In this document: positions 52,295 to 62,330 of the stretch, one piece after another
Position numbering within the stretch: position 1 is the first letter of the stretch
How the letters are laid out: each line of letters starts with the position of its first letter
From: an uncultured Desulfosarcina sp.
Lineage (GTDB): Bacteria; Desulfobacterota; Desulfobacteria; Desulfobacterales; Desulfosarcinaceae
Reading direction: 5' to 3'
Assembly (NCBI GenBank): GCA_963674945.2
Contig: CAXXWQ010000003.1
Coordinates: forward strand, 800,001 to 864,000
Length of the DNA stretch: 64,000 bases
Notes under the pieces: model-generated
Told to the model about the DNA's origin: nothing
Seen by the model: only the letters and a program-made list of their open reading frames with translations
Databases searched by the model: none
Program-made: the position numbers and the translations under genes

Positions 52295-53676
52295 TTCAGC
52301 GCCTGCCTCATAGCTTGGTCGGTATTATTGGCCATATCCCGGGTCTTCAAATAGCCGTCGCCCCGTTGCACTTCGACCGTCGTAAGAAAATGTTCCTGAT
52401 TATTCGTGAACGTCAACTCATGGCGAACGCCGACAATATAATATTCCGGGGTAACATTCGTTTGACGGTTGAAAATCATGTACCGCCCGGGCCTCAACTC
52501 CGCATTCCCTTTCAAAGTGAAGCTGCCGGATTCATAAGCGCTGTTGTATTTGAACGCCTCGTATAGCGCCAAGTTAAACTTTTCGGCAAGCTCCTGAGAA
52601 TTCACCATGTTCTTGATATCAAAATATTCACTGGTGTTTTCGAAGCGACGAAATCCAAACCGGTACGCCCCCGCATCCCTATCGGTGTATGGAATCATGT
52701 ACGGGTTTTTATTCAGATCTTCCTCGGTTTCCACATTCGGGAGAATACTTGCCTTGAACGGCGTTTTTGCTAAAATGGCATTCTGGACCGGGTAGGTGAA
52801 GAAATAGTTTTTTGTTTCGACATCGCTTCTTTGGAGATTGAAACTGACGATGCTCCCCGGAGGTATTTTGACCGATTCGCCGAGAGTCTTTTTATCGACT
52901 TCCGGATCAACGGCCTGAATATAATTACCATCCTTGTAATCTTTCCAGGGTGTTTCCCGAAAAACCAAATAGAAGCCATCCTCCAGATCGACGGTGAACA
53001 ATTCATTCCATGGGCTGTTGTCGAAGAACGACATCATATCCCATATCGAGCCGTCTTCCTGGGACAACGCGAATTGGTTCACTTCTCCAAGGATAGACGA
53101 ACTGGCCAGATATTTTATCTCCGGCAAGGCCGTCTGGGTCCGTCGGATTAACGAAAGCTGGTTCTTTGCCACATCGAACAGGGTTTTGATGATAGCTACA
53201 GGCTTGTCATCAACATTGTATCCGTATTTTTGCTCGAACTTCTTGAATCCAGGCAGATAGATCAATTGCAGATCTTTGGTGACTTCCTTGAGGTAATAGA
53301 TCCTGGTGATATCGAAAATCTTCCCCAGGTCGCTGCCCTGAATTGTATAAATTCGAATTGGTTTACCGTCATAATCCACCGAAGAAGTCATACCGACAGT
53401 TTCGACGAAGCCGCGCAAGACGATTGGAATTTTAGTGAGACGCCAATCACGGGTGAAACGGATCTCGATATAATCCATCGGGCTCGTGCGATAATACCAA
53501 GACGCCTTGTTCTTATCGAGACCCGGTAAAAGTTGAATCTCGAATTGTCCGGCATGCTGATAAAGACCTTTGGTGATCGTCAACCCTCGAACATGAGGTG
53601 TGAGATCGACCGCCTTTCCTTCCATGTAGGATTGTAGCGTTACCTTGCAACGAATTTTATCGACTTGGATCATCAT
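52291..53676 (-). CDS. Baseplate hub protein
   Basis: Lies between the tape measure and spike genes; GNAELRPG and YYIVGVRHE...TTVEVQRG motifs. Confidence 0.75.
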   Translation of the reverse strand: MMIQVDKIRCKVTLQSYMEGKAVDLTPHVRGLTITKGLYQHAGQFEIQLLPGLDKNKASWYYRTSPMDYIEIRFTRDWRLTKIPIVLRGFVETVGMTSSVDYDGKPIRIYTIQGSDLGKIFDITRIYYLKEVTKDLQLIYLPGFKKFEQKYGYNVDDKPVAIIKTLFDVAKNQLSLIRRTQTALPEIKYLASSSILGEVNQFALSQEDGSIWDMMSFFDNSPWNELFTVDLEDGFYLVFRETPWKDYKDGNYIQAVDPEVDKKTLGESVKIPPGSIVSFNLQRSDVETKNYFFTYPVQNAILAKTPFKASILPNVETEEDLNKNPYMIPYTDRDAGAYRFGFRRFENTSEYFDIKNMVNSQELAEKFNLALYEAFKYNSAYESGSFTLKGNAELRPGRYMIFNRQTNVTPEYYIVGVRHELTFTNNQEHFLTTVEVQRGDGYLKTRDMANNTDQAMRQALK

Positions 53677-55349
53677 CCCACCTTCACAGAACTTCCGTCG
53701 CCTGCCATCCTCTCATCGGTGATTTTGACATCCAATTTTAAATTCTTACCGATTTGATCACCGATTTTATCGAAGATAGACCCGATCCATTGAGCAATTG
53801 GCATATCCTCAACGGTTTTTTTCGTCATCGACATATCCTTGGTTTGTTTTTTCCATGCTTCTATTTGTTCGGGAGTCTTATATGGACCGCCTTCACCAGT
53901 AAGAGCCTCTGCAATATCCGCGACCGGTTTTAGAATCTTTTCCATCACTTTCAACAAATTTTGACCAACACTGAGCATCGAATTGTCGAGACGAGCCAAA
54001 TCCGACAACAAACCCTCGTTTTCCGTCGCCTCCATGGTCCCACCGGCAATTCCCCCAAGAATCTCTTGGATATCGGTTTGGGCCGTCCAACCCTTTTTCT
54101 TGGCCAAAGCGGAAATCCGGCTATCCCCGAGCAACGCCTCCCGCCGCCCCCCGCTGGCATTATAAATCTCGGCCATCAGCCCAAGCTTATCCGCACTCAC
54201 CCCGGATAAGTCCCCGCCGGTAGCCTTTTCCAGATCGCCAACAAATCTGCCGATCCCCGCCCCGCCAAGATTTAGCCCATCGATAGACTGAGCCTGATTC
54301 ATGGAGATGCCGAACATCTTGCTCATGGTGAACCAGCGGGCTTTCTCATTGGGCATGGTTTTCTTGAGATGACCCATGACAGCCTCAAGGTTACCCTTGC
54401 CGAAGATGCCTTGCTCTTTCCGCATCTGGTAATCGAAATAATCCCCACGGCCCAAGGCGTTATACATAAAGTACTCACCGAAATCCCCTTGGGGATTCAT
54501 GAACCCTTGATTCATCCGGGAAAGGACGTTTGCACCACGTACTCCCATCAACCCCGGCTGGCCGGAGGCATTCATGGCCGTCAGAGCACCGATCATCGCC
54601 CCACTGCTACCCGGAGCCAAACGGGTCATTACGTTGAGTTGGGCACCCATCAAAGACTGAATCGAAGAGAATAATTCAGCTTCACGCCCCTTCATTCCCC
54701 CACGGGCCACGGCATCGGCAATCGAAGCAGCAAACCGCTCCACCCGCATACCGCCGTATTGACCGTAGGCTCCCATTTGGGCCATACCGCCCATCGATGA
54801 AATCATGGTACCGGCATCAACACCCATCCCCTTTGAAAGCAATGAAGCGACGTTGACCTGCCTTGCAATTCTACCCCCCTGTTGCCCAGTCATTCCGACG
54901 TACATCTGGGTGAGGCGCATCATCTCGGTCTTGTTTTTACCGATCGCCTCGCCAGTACGCTCGATACTGGCAGCAAACCCGCCCTGTAAGGAATTTACGA
55001 TCGAAAGTTGTTTGGTAAGAGGATCGAGAACAGAAAGATATTGTTTCGCTCCTGCTACGGCATGGGTAATAATAGACAAAGCTCCCGTCGCTACGCCAAT
55101 GGCAGCAAAAGCCCCCGCACCCCCGCGCATCACACCGCGACCGGCCGAACCGAAAACCCCGCCGATGCCACCCCGCCCGCCTGTATGCCGCGGAGCTATA
55201 TAACCGTCTCCACCGGCCCCGGAAGCCCCAGACGACTGGTTTAACTTTTCAAGCTCTCGACCGAGATCTTTTACCTGCCGGATCGCCTGGGACAACCCTT
55301 GAGTATCAGATTGGAAGCCGACTCTTACGGTGGTTTTTTGATCAGTCAT
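53673..55349 (-). CDS. Tail tape measure protein
   Basis: Gly/Ala/Met-rich helical 558 aa directly after the chaperone genes. Confidence 0.75.
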   Translation of the reverse strand: MTDQKTTVRVGFQSDTQGLSQAIRQVKDLGRELEKLNQSSGASGAGGDGYIAPRHTGGRGGIGGVFGSAGRGVMRGGAGAFAAIGVATGALSIITHAVAGAKQYLSVLDPLTKQLSIVNSLQGGFAASIERTGEAIGKNKTEMMRLTQMYVGMTGQQGGRIARQVNVASLLSKGMGVDAGTMISSMGGMAQMGAYGQYGGMRVERFAASIADAVARGGMKGREAELFSSIQSLMGAQLNVMTRLAPGSSGAMIGALTAMNASGQPGLMGVRGANVLSRMNQGFMNPQGDFGEYFMYNALGRGDYFDYQMRKEQGIFGKGNLEAVMGHLKKTMPNEKARWFTMSKMFGISMNQAQSIDGLNLGGAGIGRFVGDLEKATGGDLSGVSADKLGLMAEIYNASGGRREALLGDSRISALAKKKGWTAQTDIQEILGGIAGGTMEATENEGLLSDLARLDNSMLSVGQNLLKVMEKILKPVADIAEALTGEGGPYKTPEQIEAWKKQTKDMSMTKKTVEDMPIAQWIGSIFDKIGDQIGKNLKLDVKITDERMAGDGSSVKVG

Positions 55350-55677
55350 GGATATCTATTTCCTCCCAGGCCCCTGGGTAATCACGTAACGCATAGGCAT
55401 CCAAAAATTCGTCGTCTTCTTCAGCCCATCTGTTGAGCGCTTCGTCGATTTCATTCGTCTCGAACTCATCCAGATCAGGTTCCCGGCCTTTATCGAGAAT
55501 TTGACGGTATAAATGCGTCATGAATTCCATTTCGATTTCCGGGTTCGTCATTTCCAGATACCTGAGATCGGTTGACGGCAAATTGTATTTCTGACGAAAC
55601 CAATAGTTCAGGCTTTTAGCCGCCGACAGCGCCCTCTTTTTCAATTCCAGTTGGTTTTGCGAACGCAGATTGGCTAC
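55342..55677 (-). CDS. Tail assembly chaperone extension (gpT-like), probably reached by frameshift
   Basis: WFRQKYNLPSTDLRYLEMT; overlaps the upstream ORF in the +1 frame. Confidence 0.65.
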   Translation of the reverse strand, partial: VANLRSQNQLELKKRALSAAKSLNYWFRQKYNLPSTDLRYLEMTNPEIEMEFMTHLYRQILDKGREPDLDEFETNEIDEALNRWAEEDDEFLDAYALRDYPGAWEEIDIHD

Positions 55678-55966
55678 GAAAGGAATACACCGTGTCGATG
55701 AAAGCCTTGTAAACCGCTTCCAACTCCTCATAGCTGTAAATCTCGTTTAGATTAAAATCCTTCGGCTTATCGACGATTGCCACAGACAACGCACCGATCA
55801 TCGTGGCGGTATTGGCTGCCACGATCGCCGGTTGTTTATTCTCTCCGAGAAGACCTGCGGCAATGTTGTCTGCTCTGATCTCATCCTGGAGAGTTGGGAA
55901 ACGAAATGTGAACGTACCGATATTTTCAACGGTTTTCGTAAACTGTTTTTCAGAAGGTTTAAGCAT
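55616..55966 (-). CDS. Tail assembly chaperone (gpG-like)
   Basis: 116 aa between the tube and tape measure genes; AAGGA RBS. Confidence 0.7.
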   Translation of the reverse strand: MLKPSEKQFTKTVENIGTFTFRFPTLQDEIRADNIAAGLLGENKQPAIVAANTATMIGALSVAIVDKPKDFNLNEIYSYEELEAVYKAFIDTVYSFRSQSAFAKPTGIEKEGAVGG

Positions 55967-56038
55967 GAGACTTTCCTTTCATTGTAATTAATTACTGTGA
56001 TTTTATTGCGTAAAAAATAGGCAATTGAAATTGACCTA

Positions 56039-56428
56039 TTAAATCATATTCGTGAAAAAAAATATTTTTACGGTTTCTTTTGGTATCAACAAGACTTCAA
56101 TTTTTTTTACAGTTCCTTTCGTCAATTTTCCTTGGATCGGTATCATTCCCGTTTCTATTTCAACACCATCTTTGTCATAATAAATGCTATCGATTGTGTT
56201 TAAGCCGCCCGAGCTTATATTTTTCTTTAACCGAATTTTAATTATCAACTCGTTATAACTACGAGACCGTGAATCTTCCGTAACCTCCAAAAACTCAACC
56301 AAACTCGACAGATGATCATCCAGCACGATCTCATATGCCTGCACATTTGCCGCCATCAACATTACAGCCGAAACCGCTAATAACAGTGAACGAAGCATGA
56401 GATAAACCCTTTCATTTTGAGCCAGCAA
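56039..56428 (-). CDS. Exported hypothetical protein (moron)
   Basis: Signal peptide ending ...NVQA; more AT-rich than the tail genes. Confidence 0.6.
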   Translation of the reverse strand: MLAQNERVYLMLRSLLLAVSAVMLMAANVQAYEIVLDDHLSSLVEFLEVTEDSRSRSYNELIIKIRLKKNISSGGLNTIDSIYYDKDGVEIETGMIPIQGKLTKGTVKKIEVLLIPKETVKIFFFTNMI

Positions 56429-56577
56429 AAACTTTTTTTATTCACTCATGGAGAGAAAGTATAATAGAACCCATTGGTTTATTATCGGCAAAAACGGAGT
56501 AAGCGGTTTATTAACCCCATCTTCACAAAATTGTTCAGGCATGGCAATGTGTTTCCCCAAAGAAAGGAGAAGATATC

Positions 56578-56907
56578 ATGCCTGAAGACTATGATTCATT
56601 CGATTCCAAGCAAAGGCGAAAATTTTGGGAAAATCATATCGAGAAATGGAAGATCAGCAGCCTAAGCCAAAGGGCCTATTGTAAAAAAAACGATCTCATT
56701 CTCCATCGGTTTTACGATTGGAAACGGCGCATCATGCCCGTTGATAAAACCCGAGTTACTTTTTTGCCGGTTGCGCTCAACGGATCAGCGACGAGGAAAC
56801 ATCCATCCGTTCGTATTCATACCCCCAACGGATTTACCATCGAAGTCGATGATCAAAACGGATCGATAGAAATCAACAAGCTTGTTGCAATGGTGGCTAC
56901 ATTATGA
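56578..56907 (+). CDS. tnpA: IS66 TnpA
   Basis: W..HIEKW..S.LSQRAYC...FYDWKRR motif. Confidence 0.9.
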   Translation: MPEDYDSFDSKQRRKFWENHIEKWKISSLSQRAYCKKNDLILHRFYDWKRRIMPVDKTRVTFLPVALNGSATRKHPSVRIHTPNGFTIEVDDQNGSIEINKLVAMVATL

Positions 56908-57251
56908 TGTTGCCCACCAATCCCAAAAGGGTCTTTCTGGCCGTGGGTAATACCGATATGCGCAAATCGATCAACGGGCTTTCGGTTTTGGTGGAACAGG
57001 CCATGGATTTGAATCCCTTCGAAGGGGACCTGTTCGTCTTCTGCAATCGGCGTCGGAACATGATAAAAATTTTATACTGGGATAAAAATGGATTTGCTCT
57101 CTGGCTCAAACGGCTGGAGAAGCACCGTTTCCACTGGCCAACAACCACAAAAGAAGTCGTTTCCCTTAGTGCGAAAGAACTGGAATGGCTTCTCGCCGGA
57201 CTGGATTATACGAATGCTCATGTGCGTTTAAACTACCGTTATGCAAGCTGA
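56904..57251 (+). CDS. tnpB: IS66 TnpB accessory protein
   Basis: TDMRKSINGL, KILYWD, KRLEK motifs. Confidence 0.95.
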   Translation: MMLPTNPKRVFLAVGNTDMRKSINGLSVLVEQAMDLNPFEGDLFVFCNRRRNMIKILYWDKNGFALWLKRLEKHRFHWPTTTKEVVSLSAKELEWLLAGLDYTNAHVRLNYRYAS

Positions 57252-57314
57252 GAACATCCACCTGGAAGTAAAATAAGTGTGTACAAATTCAATTGGTTAT
57301 GCTATGTATCAGGC

Positions 57315-58874
57315 ATGCTTTCGGAATCGAACAACCTGCCCGATGACGCCCAATCGCTTAAGGAGATTATCTCTTCTCAGCAGCAGCAAATCGACCATCT
57401 GCAAGAAATGGTACGTCTGCTGAAGAACGAGCTGTTCGGTCGCAAAAGTGAAGTTTTGCCGGCCGTCAATCCCAACCAACTCCAGTTGTTCAAACCCGAC
57501 GAAACCGCAGAGCCCGTCCTTGCCGATGACGACATCACCGTCCCGGAGCACACCCGCAAAAAGCGTGGCCGCAAACCGTTGCCTGAGGATCTGCCCCGCG
57601 TCGAGGTCCTGCACGATATCCCTGAGGCCGAGAAACGGTGTGCTTGCGGAGTTGAACTGAGCCGTATCGGCGAAGAGACCTGTGAGAAGCTCGATTATAT
57701 CCCGGCAAAAATCCAGGTGATCCGTCACATCCGCCCCAAATACGCCTGCAAGGCCTGCGAAGGCGTCGAGGATGACGGCCCCACCGTTAGGATCGCTCCG
57801 CCGCCAGAACAACTGATTCCCAAGAGCAACGCCACTGAGGGACTGCTGGCCCACATCGCTGTCTCAAAATTCGCCGATGCGCTTCCCCTGCATCGCCAAC
57901 AAAAGATATTTGACCGTCTGGGCGTTGACATCTCACGGTCAACCATGGCCAATTGGATGATTCAGGCCGCCGGTTGCTGCCAGCCGATCGTCGAATTGAT
58001 GCATCAGGAGATTCGAAGCGGTCCTGTGATCAATATCGATGAAAGTCCGTTTCAGGTGCTTCAGGAACCGGGCCGCAGCAATACAACAAAATCGTATATG
58101 TGGGTGTTTTGTGGCGGCCCGTTGGATGCCCCTGTGGTGCTTTACCAGTATCATCCCACCCGTAGTGGGAAGGTAGTGCAAGATATGATAGAAGACTATT
58201 CGGGCTATGTTCAAAGCGACGGCTACAGCGGCTATGATCAGCTGTCCCAAAAGCAAGGGATCATCCATTTAGGTTGCCTGACCCATGCCCGACGTAAATT
58301 TGTCGAGGTGAACAAAGGGCGCAAGGCGCGCGGCAAACAAAAAGCAGCCAAGGGGCTTGCCGACGAGGCGCTGGATTACATTGGCGCATTGTATGGCATA
58401 GAACGGTATGCGCGAGACAAGGATTTGTCGTATGAACAGATCCGTGACCTGCGACAGGAAAAGGCCAAGCCGATTCTGAAACAATTTAAAACCTGGCTGG
58501 ACACCTACCATTGGCAAGCTCCTCCGAAAAGCCTTCTCGGCAAAGCGATCCAATATTGCCTAAACCAATGGGACAAACTGGTTGTCTATATCAATGCCGG
58601 ATTTCTGAAGCCCGACAACAATGTGGCTGAAAATGTCATCCGGCCATTCGTGTTGGGTCGCAAGAACTGGCTGTTTTCCGGCGCGCCCCGGGGTGCGGAA
58701 GCCAGCGCCACCTTCTTCGGTTTGATCGAAACGGCCAAAGCCAATGGGCTGGAACCCTATGCCTATCTTCGATACCTGTTCGCCAAACTTCCGCTGGCCA
58801 GGACGCGGGAGGACCATCTGGCGCTTTTGCCAAAAAATATCGACAAACAGACGCTGGCGATCCTTCGCTATTGA
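57315..58874 (+). CDS. tnpC: IS66 TnpC transposase
   Basis: FGRKSE, RKPLPEDLPR, IDES, SDGY, DNNVAE...GRKNWLF motifs. Confidence 0.95.
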   Translation: MLSESNNLPDDAQSLKEIISSQQQQIDHLQEMVRLLKNELFGRKSEVLPAVNPNQLQLFKPDETAEPVLADDDITVPEHTRKKRGRKPLPEDLPRVEVLHDIPEAEKRCACGVELSRIGEETCEKLDYIPAKIQVIRHIRPKYACKACEGVEDDGPTVRIAPPPEQLIPKSNATEGLLAHIAVSKFADALPLHRQQKIFDRLGVDISRSTMANWMIQAAGCCQPIVELMHQEIRSGPVINIDESPFQVLQEPGRSNTTKSYMWVFCGGPLDAPVVLYQYHPTRSGKVVQDMIEDYSGYVQSDGYSGYDQLSQKQGIIHLGCLTHARRKFVEVNKGRKARGKQKAAKGLADEALDYIGALYGIERYARDKDLSYEQIRDLRQEKAKPILKQFKTWLDTYHWQAPPKSLLGKAIQYCLNQWDKLVVYINAGFLKPDNNVAENVIRPFVLGRKNWLFSGAPRGAEASATFFGLIETAKANGLEPYAYLRYLFAKLPLARTREDHLALLPKNIDKQTLAILRY

Positions 58875-59015
58875 TTCTTCTCTTACTTTCTACCGGCCGG
58901 TTCACAATCGTCTCCCATACACATTTTCATTGCCAAGCCTATGATGTCATAATATCTGGGCTATGTGAAGATGGGGTTTATTTGACCCTTACAAAACGGA
59001 AACAACTTAAACTCT

Positions 59016-59435
59016 CTACGGCTTGCCAGCGACATCGAGCGCCATCCACTGCGACTGGTAGCTGATGATCGCATGTTTCGACACCTCAATGCTCCCGGAG
59101 GCGAACGTACAACTCAAATACTTTTTCAAGACCTCACCGGTCGCTTTGTCCAAGATCTCAATATCCACGACGAGTCCTTTGAGTGCATCATCTCCGTTCT
59201 CAGGAACAATGCCCTTGGCGTAGAGGCCCTTTTTCCGCAAGGCCATCTTGGAACAGGAGATCGAATGGCGCGCCATGGTCGGGACATGCTCTTGAACGTG
59301 GATATCACCGATTCCAGAAGCCGGCTCGGGGCTGTAATCATCCGACATGGAGATGTTTTGCATCAACCCGACTTCCTCGCCATCGATCATCACTCGGGCC
59401 AGGTTTGCCGAACGAACTTTCAGATTCTCTTTCAT
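59016..59435 (-). CDS. Tail tube protein
   Basis: 139 aa directly after the sheath; EPASGIGDIHVQEHVP. Confidence 0.8.
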   Translation of the reverse strand: MKENLKVRSANLARVMIDGEEVGLMQNISMSDDYSPEPASGIGDIHVQEHVPTMARHSISCSKMALRKKGLYAKGIVPENGDDALKGLVVDIEILDKATGEVLKKYLSCTFASGSIEVSKHAIISYQSQWMALDVAGKP

Positions 59436-59515
59436 GTTTTCCCCCTATTGGATAAAGGGGGTCCGAAAACCCCCATAAAGCGAATGTAATTAATTACTTC
59501 AAATCATTGACAAAA

Positions 59516-61489
59516 TTAAATACTGGCTGTCCCGCTGTAGGGAACGATGGCAATACCAACCGGGATATAGTTCACCGGAACAACCGGACTGCATTGGAAA
59601 TAAACCCGGAGGACATCTCCTTCAAGTTCGGCCGTAATGTTCTTGTAAGCGGGATTCGCATCATCACCGGTGATCACCTCCGGACCGAGCGGGGCCGGCC
59701 GGGCCAATTCCTTCAGCGCGTTTTCCGTAATGGAAACCGCACGACCAAGAATCGTCGGTGTACCCTTTTGGCCAATCAACACTTGAAGGGCATTTCGGAC
59801 ATTCCTTGTCACGAAGTCAACGGCAAATCCGGTGGCCATCTCGACGCGGTTATAATTCCCATTGGTCAACCAAGTCGAAACCGATTGAACCACCTTGTAA
59901 ATGCCTCGGATATCCGCCATCGCAATGACTCCACCTTCAATCAGTACATCGGTATCGGCCGGAATACGGAATGATTGCAGAAACCCGGCAACCGAAACGG
60001 ATTTGTTCGTCAAGGAGGTACCCGGATCGCTGCCGGTTATCATCCCGCCGAGCATTGCGGCGGCCATGTACGGTGCATAACTGGTGAGAACCCCGACATT
60101 ATCATAAGCCTGATACGCAGGGGCGACCAAGTAAACCCGATCATGGTTCAGTGCCTTGGCTCGGGCCACCAACTCGGCAACGGTTTCGCCAGTGGCTCCG
60201 CCGACGATGGTGCGCCTTTCCATTCCCGCCGTATCACTCATGTATTGGCAATGGGTCAAAGCCATCGCATGAATCGAAGCCGAATTTGACAGCGGCACGA
60301 CACATTGCACATCCTCCGTTTGCAAGGCATCGAAACAGGCTTGCCAATCCGTATTCGTCGGAGTTGTCGTGGTTCCACCTTGCAGATACGAGAAAACGCA
60401 GTTTGCCGGCGCCTTGCCAGCTTCCGTCGGCCGATAGACATCGATGAGAGGTTCGCTTATCCCAGCGATCCAATCCACAATGGCTTGCAGGTTGGCCGTG
60501 ACGTTCGTCGTGGTACCGGTTTTGATATCCAATCCGGCGGAATTGTAATCCAGTTTGGCGGCAACCGGATAGTCCGTGTAATCGGAAACAGCTTCAGCGG
60601 TGATATTGGTGATCGAATTCAAGAAATCGACAACCTTCGAAACCGTATCGTGAACAGTGAAGTCACAGGTTCCCAAGATATTTGTTCCGCCATCCGTTTC
60701 CTCAACCACGATTTGAGTAGCCGAAATTTTGAGCACGCATGCCGTTCCACCACCCGAATAATGAGCGGTGAAATACGTCGCCGCCAAGTTATCCTTGACA
60801 TATTCCGTCCCATCGAATGCAACCGTAACGCACTTTCCGGAAACCGTCCCCGCCTCGATCTTGACCTTGATCCGGTTCGTATTGATGCCGTAATCGGTCG
60901 AATCCAAGCAGAAAGAACACGGAACAATGGAAAGCGTATCGCCTGCCGAGGGAACATTTTCCCACGCATAACGAACATCACATGTGCCCAGATCACTCTC
61001 TCTGACAAAAGTGGTGATCAAATTGGTTTCACCGATTGCATTCCCGGATGTCATGGTGATCAGATATCCATCATAAGCACCATTGACCGGAGTAGCTTCA
61101 TCGAGGTCAAGCACGATTTGTTTGTTTGCATTATCGACAGAATCAACCACGTAGTCAGTGATCGGAGTTCCGCCATCCTCTCCCACAACCAAATGGGATT
61201 GGGTCGCCGGCTGCACTCGCAAGGCATGAATGTATTGCGGCGCCCCGGTCTCCGCCGACGGCGCAAATGCTTTTTCAATGGCCGTTACCAGTTCACCGGT
61301 GGCGAAGATCTCTCTGGCCTCCAGGGGGCTGCCGATCCTGACGACGGTTTGCGGAATACCGCTATCAGCCTTTCCAATGATCGCCAGGTTATTCGCAACC
61401 GTCAGGTTTTTATTTGCCATTGCACTATCGTCGATCCGCGTGGCGACAGTCGGCGTGGTCAGTAATTTTCCGTTAAAAAATACAGGCAT
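59516..61489 (-). CDS. Contractile tail sheath protein
   Basis: 657 aa; N-terminal P...RIDDSAM, GGMITG.DPGTSLTNK, C-terminal SPVVPVNYI. Confidence 0.9.
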   Translation of the reverse strand: MPVFFNGKLLTTPTVATRIDDSAMANKNLTVANNLAIIGKADSGIPQTVVRIGSPLEAREIFATGELVTAIEKAFAPSAETGAPQYIHALRVQPATQSHLVVGEDGGTPITDYVVDSVDNANKQIVLDLDEATPVNGAYDGYLITMTSGNAIGETNLITTFVRESDLGTCDVRYAWENVPSAGDTLSIVPCSFCLDSTDYGINTNRIKVKIEAGTVSGKCVTVAFDGTEYVKDNLAATYFTAHYSGGGTACVLKISATQIVVEETDGGTNILGTCDFTVHDTVSKVVDFLNSITNITAEAVSDYTDYPVAAKLDYNSAGLDIKTGTTTNVTANLQAIVDWIAGISEPLIDVYRPTEAGKAPANCVFSYLQGGTTTTPTNTDWQACFDALQTEDVQCVVPLSNSASIHAMALTHCQYMSDTAGMERRTIVGGATGETVAELVARAKALNHDRVYLVAPAYQAYDNVGVLTSYAPYMAAAMLGGMITGSDPGTSLTNKSVSVAGFLQSFRIPADTDVLIEGGVIAMADIRGIYKVVQSVSTWLTNGNYNRVEMATGFAVDFVTRNVRNALQVLIGQKGTPTILGRAVSITENALKELARPAPLGPEVITGDDANPAYKNITAELEGDVLRVYFQCSPVVPVNYIPVGIAIVPYSGTASI

Positions 61490-61514
61490 TTTGTGTACCT
61501 CCTACTTTGAAGGA

Positions 61515-61685
61515 TTAAGCCGGAATCGTACAGAATTCAGCATAATATTTTTTGAACTGAGGCTCGGTACCAGTTCTGATTTTCCTTTCATTTTTCATCC
61601 AGTGATGAAATCCGCCGATCAACTCCACACGTTTATCGGTTAAGGAAAGCTTTTTACAGAAATCGTCTAACGTCATCTTGTCCAT
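61515..61685 (-). CDS. Small hypothetical protein (56 aa)
   Basis: GGAGGA RBS; fills the gap before the sheath gene. Confidence 0.65.
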   Translation of the reverse strand: MDKMTLDDFCKKLSLTDKRVELIGGFHHWMKNERKIRTGTEPQFKKYYAEFCTIPA

Positions 61686-61697
61686 TTTTATGTCCTC

Positions 61698-62330
61698 CTA
61701 CACCTCTAAAAATTCCTCGTTGGGATTAAATTTTGCAAAGAGTTCTGTACTCTTGATGATCGGAAAACTCGTCGACCAAGAATTCAGCCCCCGGAAATTC
61801 AAAACGGTGCTGCGATAAAAAAGACTTTCTGGGAGATATTGGTAAATCGGATCCAAGTCTGTAGCCGAAATACCCATCTCAGAAAAACCATATGTATCAT
61901 CCAGCGTCTGTCTCGATGAGAAAAGGATGTATCTTGCAATGGCCTCGATGGCCATGGAAACATCACCATTGTTCGAGGCGCTAATCACTCTCATCGAATA
62001 ACTTGAGTAACTTCCCTCATAGACTTCGCCGGTCGTGGCCAATTCCGTCGGATCATCATCCGAAACAAGCTCACCGATGAATTCCTCATTGGGTGCGACA
62101 TTCGCTGAAATTACATACCACCCGGGCAAATGGTTTTCATCGATACCAAAACCTTGGGCGATCTTTATCGAATTGGCTGTCAAAAAGGTCGTCCATTTGG
62201 TTATGACGGATTGACCGAACACATCGGTATCAAAAACATTCGGCAAATAGATAGCCGGAGCAGCCTTTATCGTCGTCAAACCCGAAGCCAAGATGGCACA
62301 GATAATTTTTTCAGGCATTAAAATCGACAT
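61698..62330 (-). CDS. Putative tail terminator/completion protein
   Basis: Position upstream of the sheath gene and size. Confidence 0.55.
   Translation of the reverse strand: MSILMPEKIICAILASGLTTIKAAPAIYLPNVFDTDVFGQSVITKWTTFLTANSIKIAQGFGIDENHLPGWYVISANVAPNEEFIGELVSDDDPTELATTGEVYEGSYSSYSMRVISASNNGDVSMAIEAIARYILFSSRQTLDDTYGFSEMGISATDLDPIYQYLPESLFYRSTVLNFRGLNSWSTSFPIIKSTELFAKFNPNEEFLEV

Larger units (their letters stand above)
56499..58992 (+). mobile_element. IS66-family element (three-ORF type)
   Basis: IRs GTAAGCGGTTTATTAACCCCATCTTC / GTAAGGGTCAAATAAACCCCATCTTC, 8-bp TSD AAAACGGA. Confidence 0.96.

Noticed and set aside
59457..59474. GGGGGT-CCGAAA-ACCCCC hairpin between sheath and tube genes
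   Set aside because: Short U-tract; at most an ordinary attenuator or stability hairpin
60305..61465. Long antisense ORFs over the sheath, gap and IS genes
   Set aside because: Shadow frames of well-supported genes on the opposite strand
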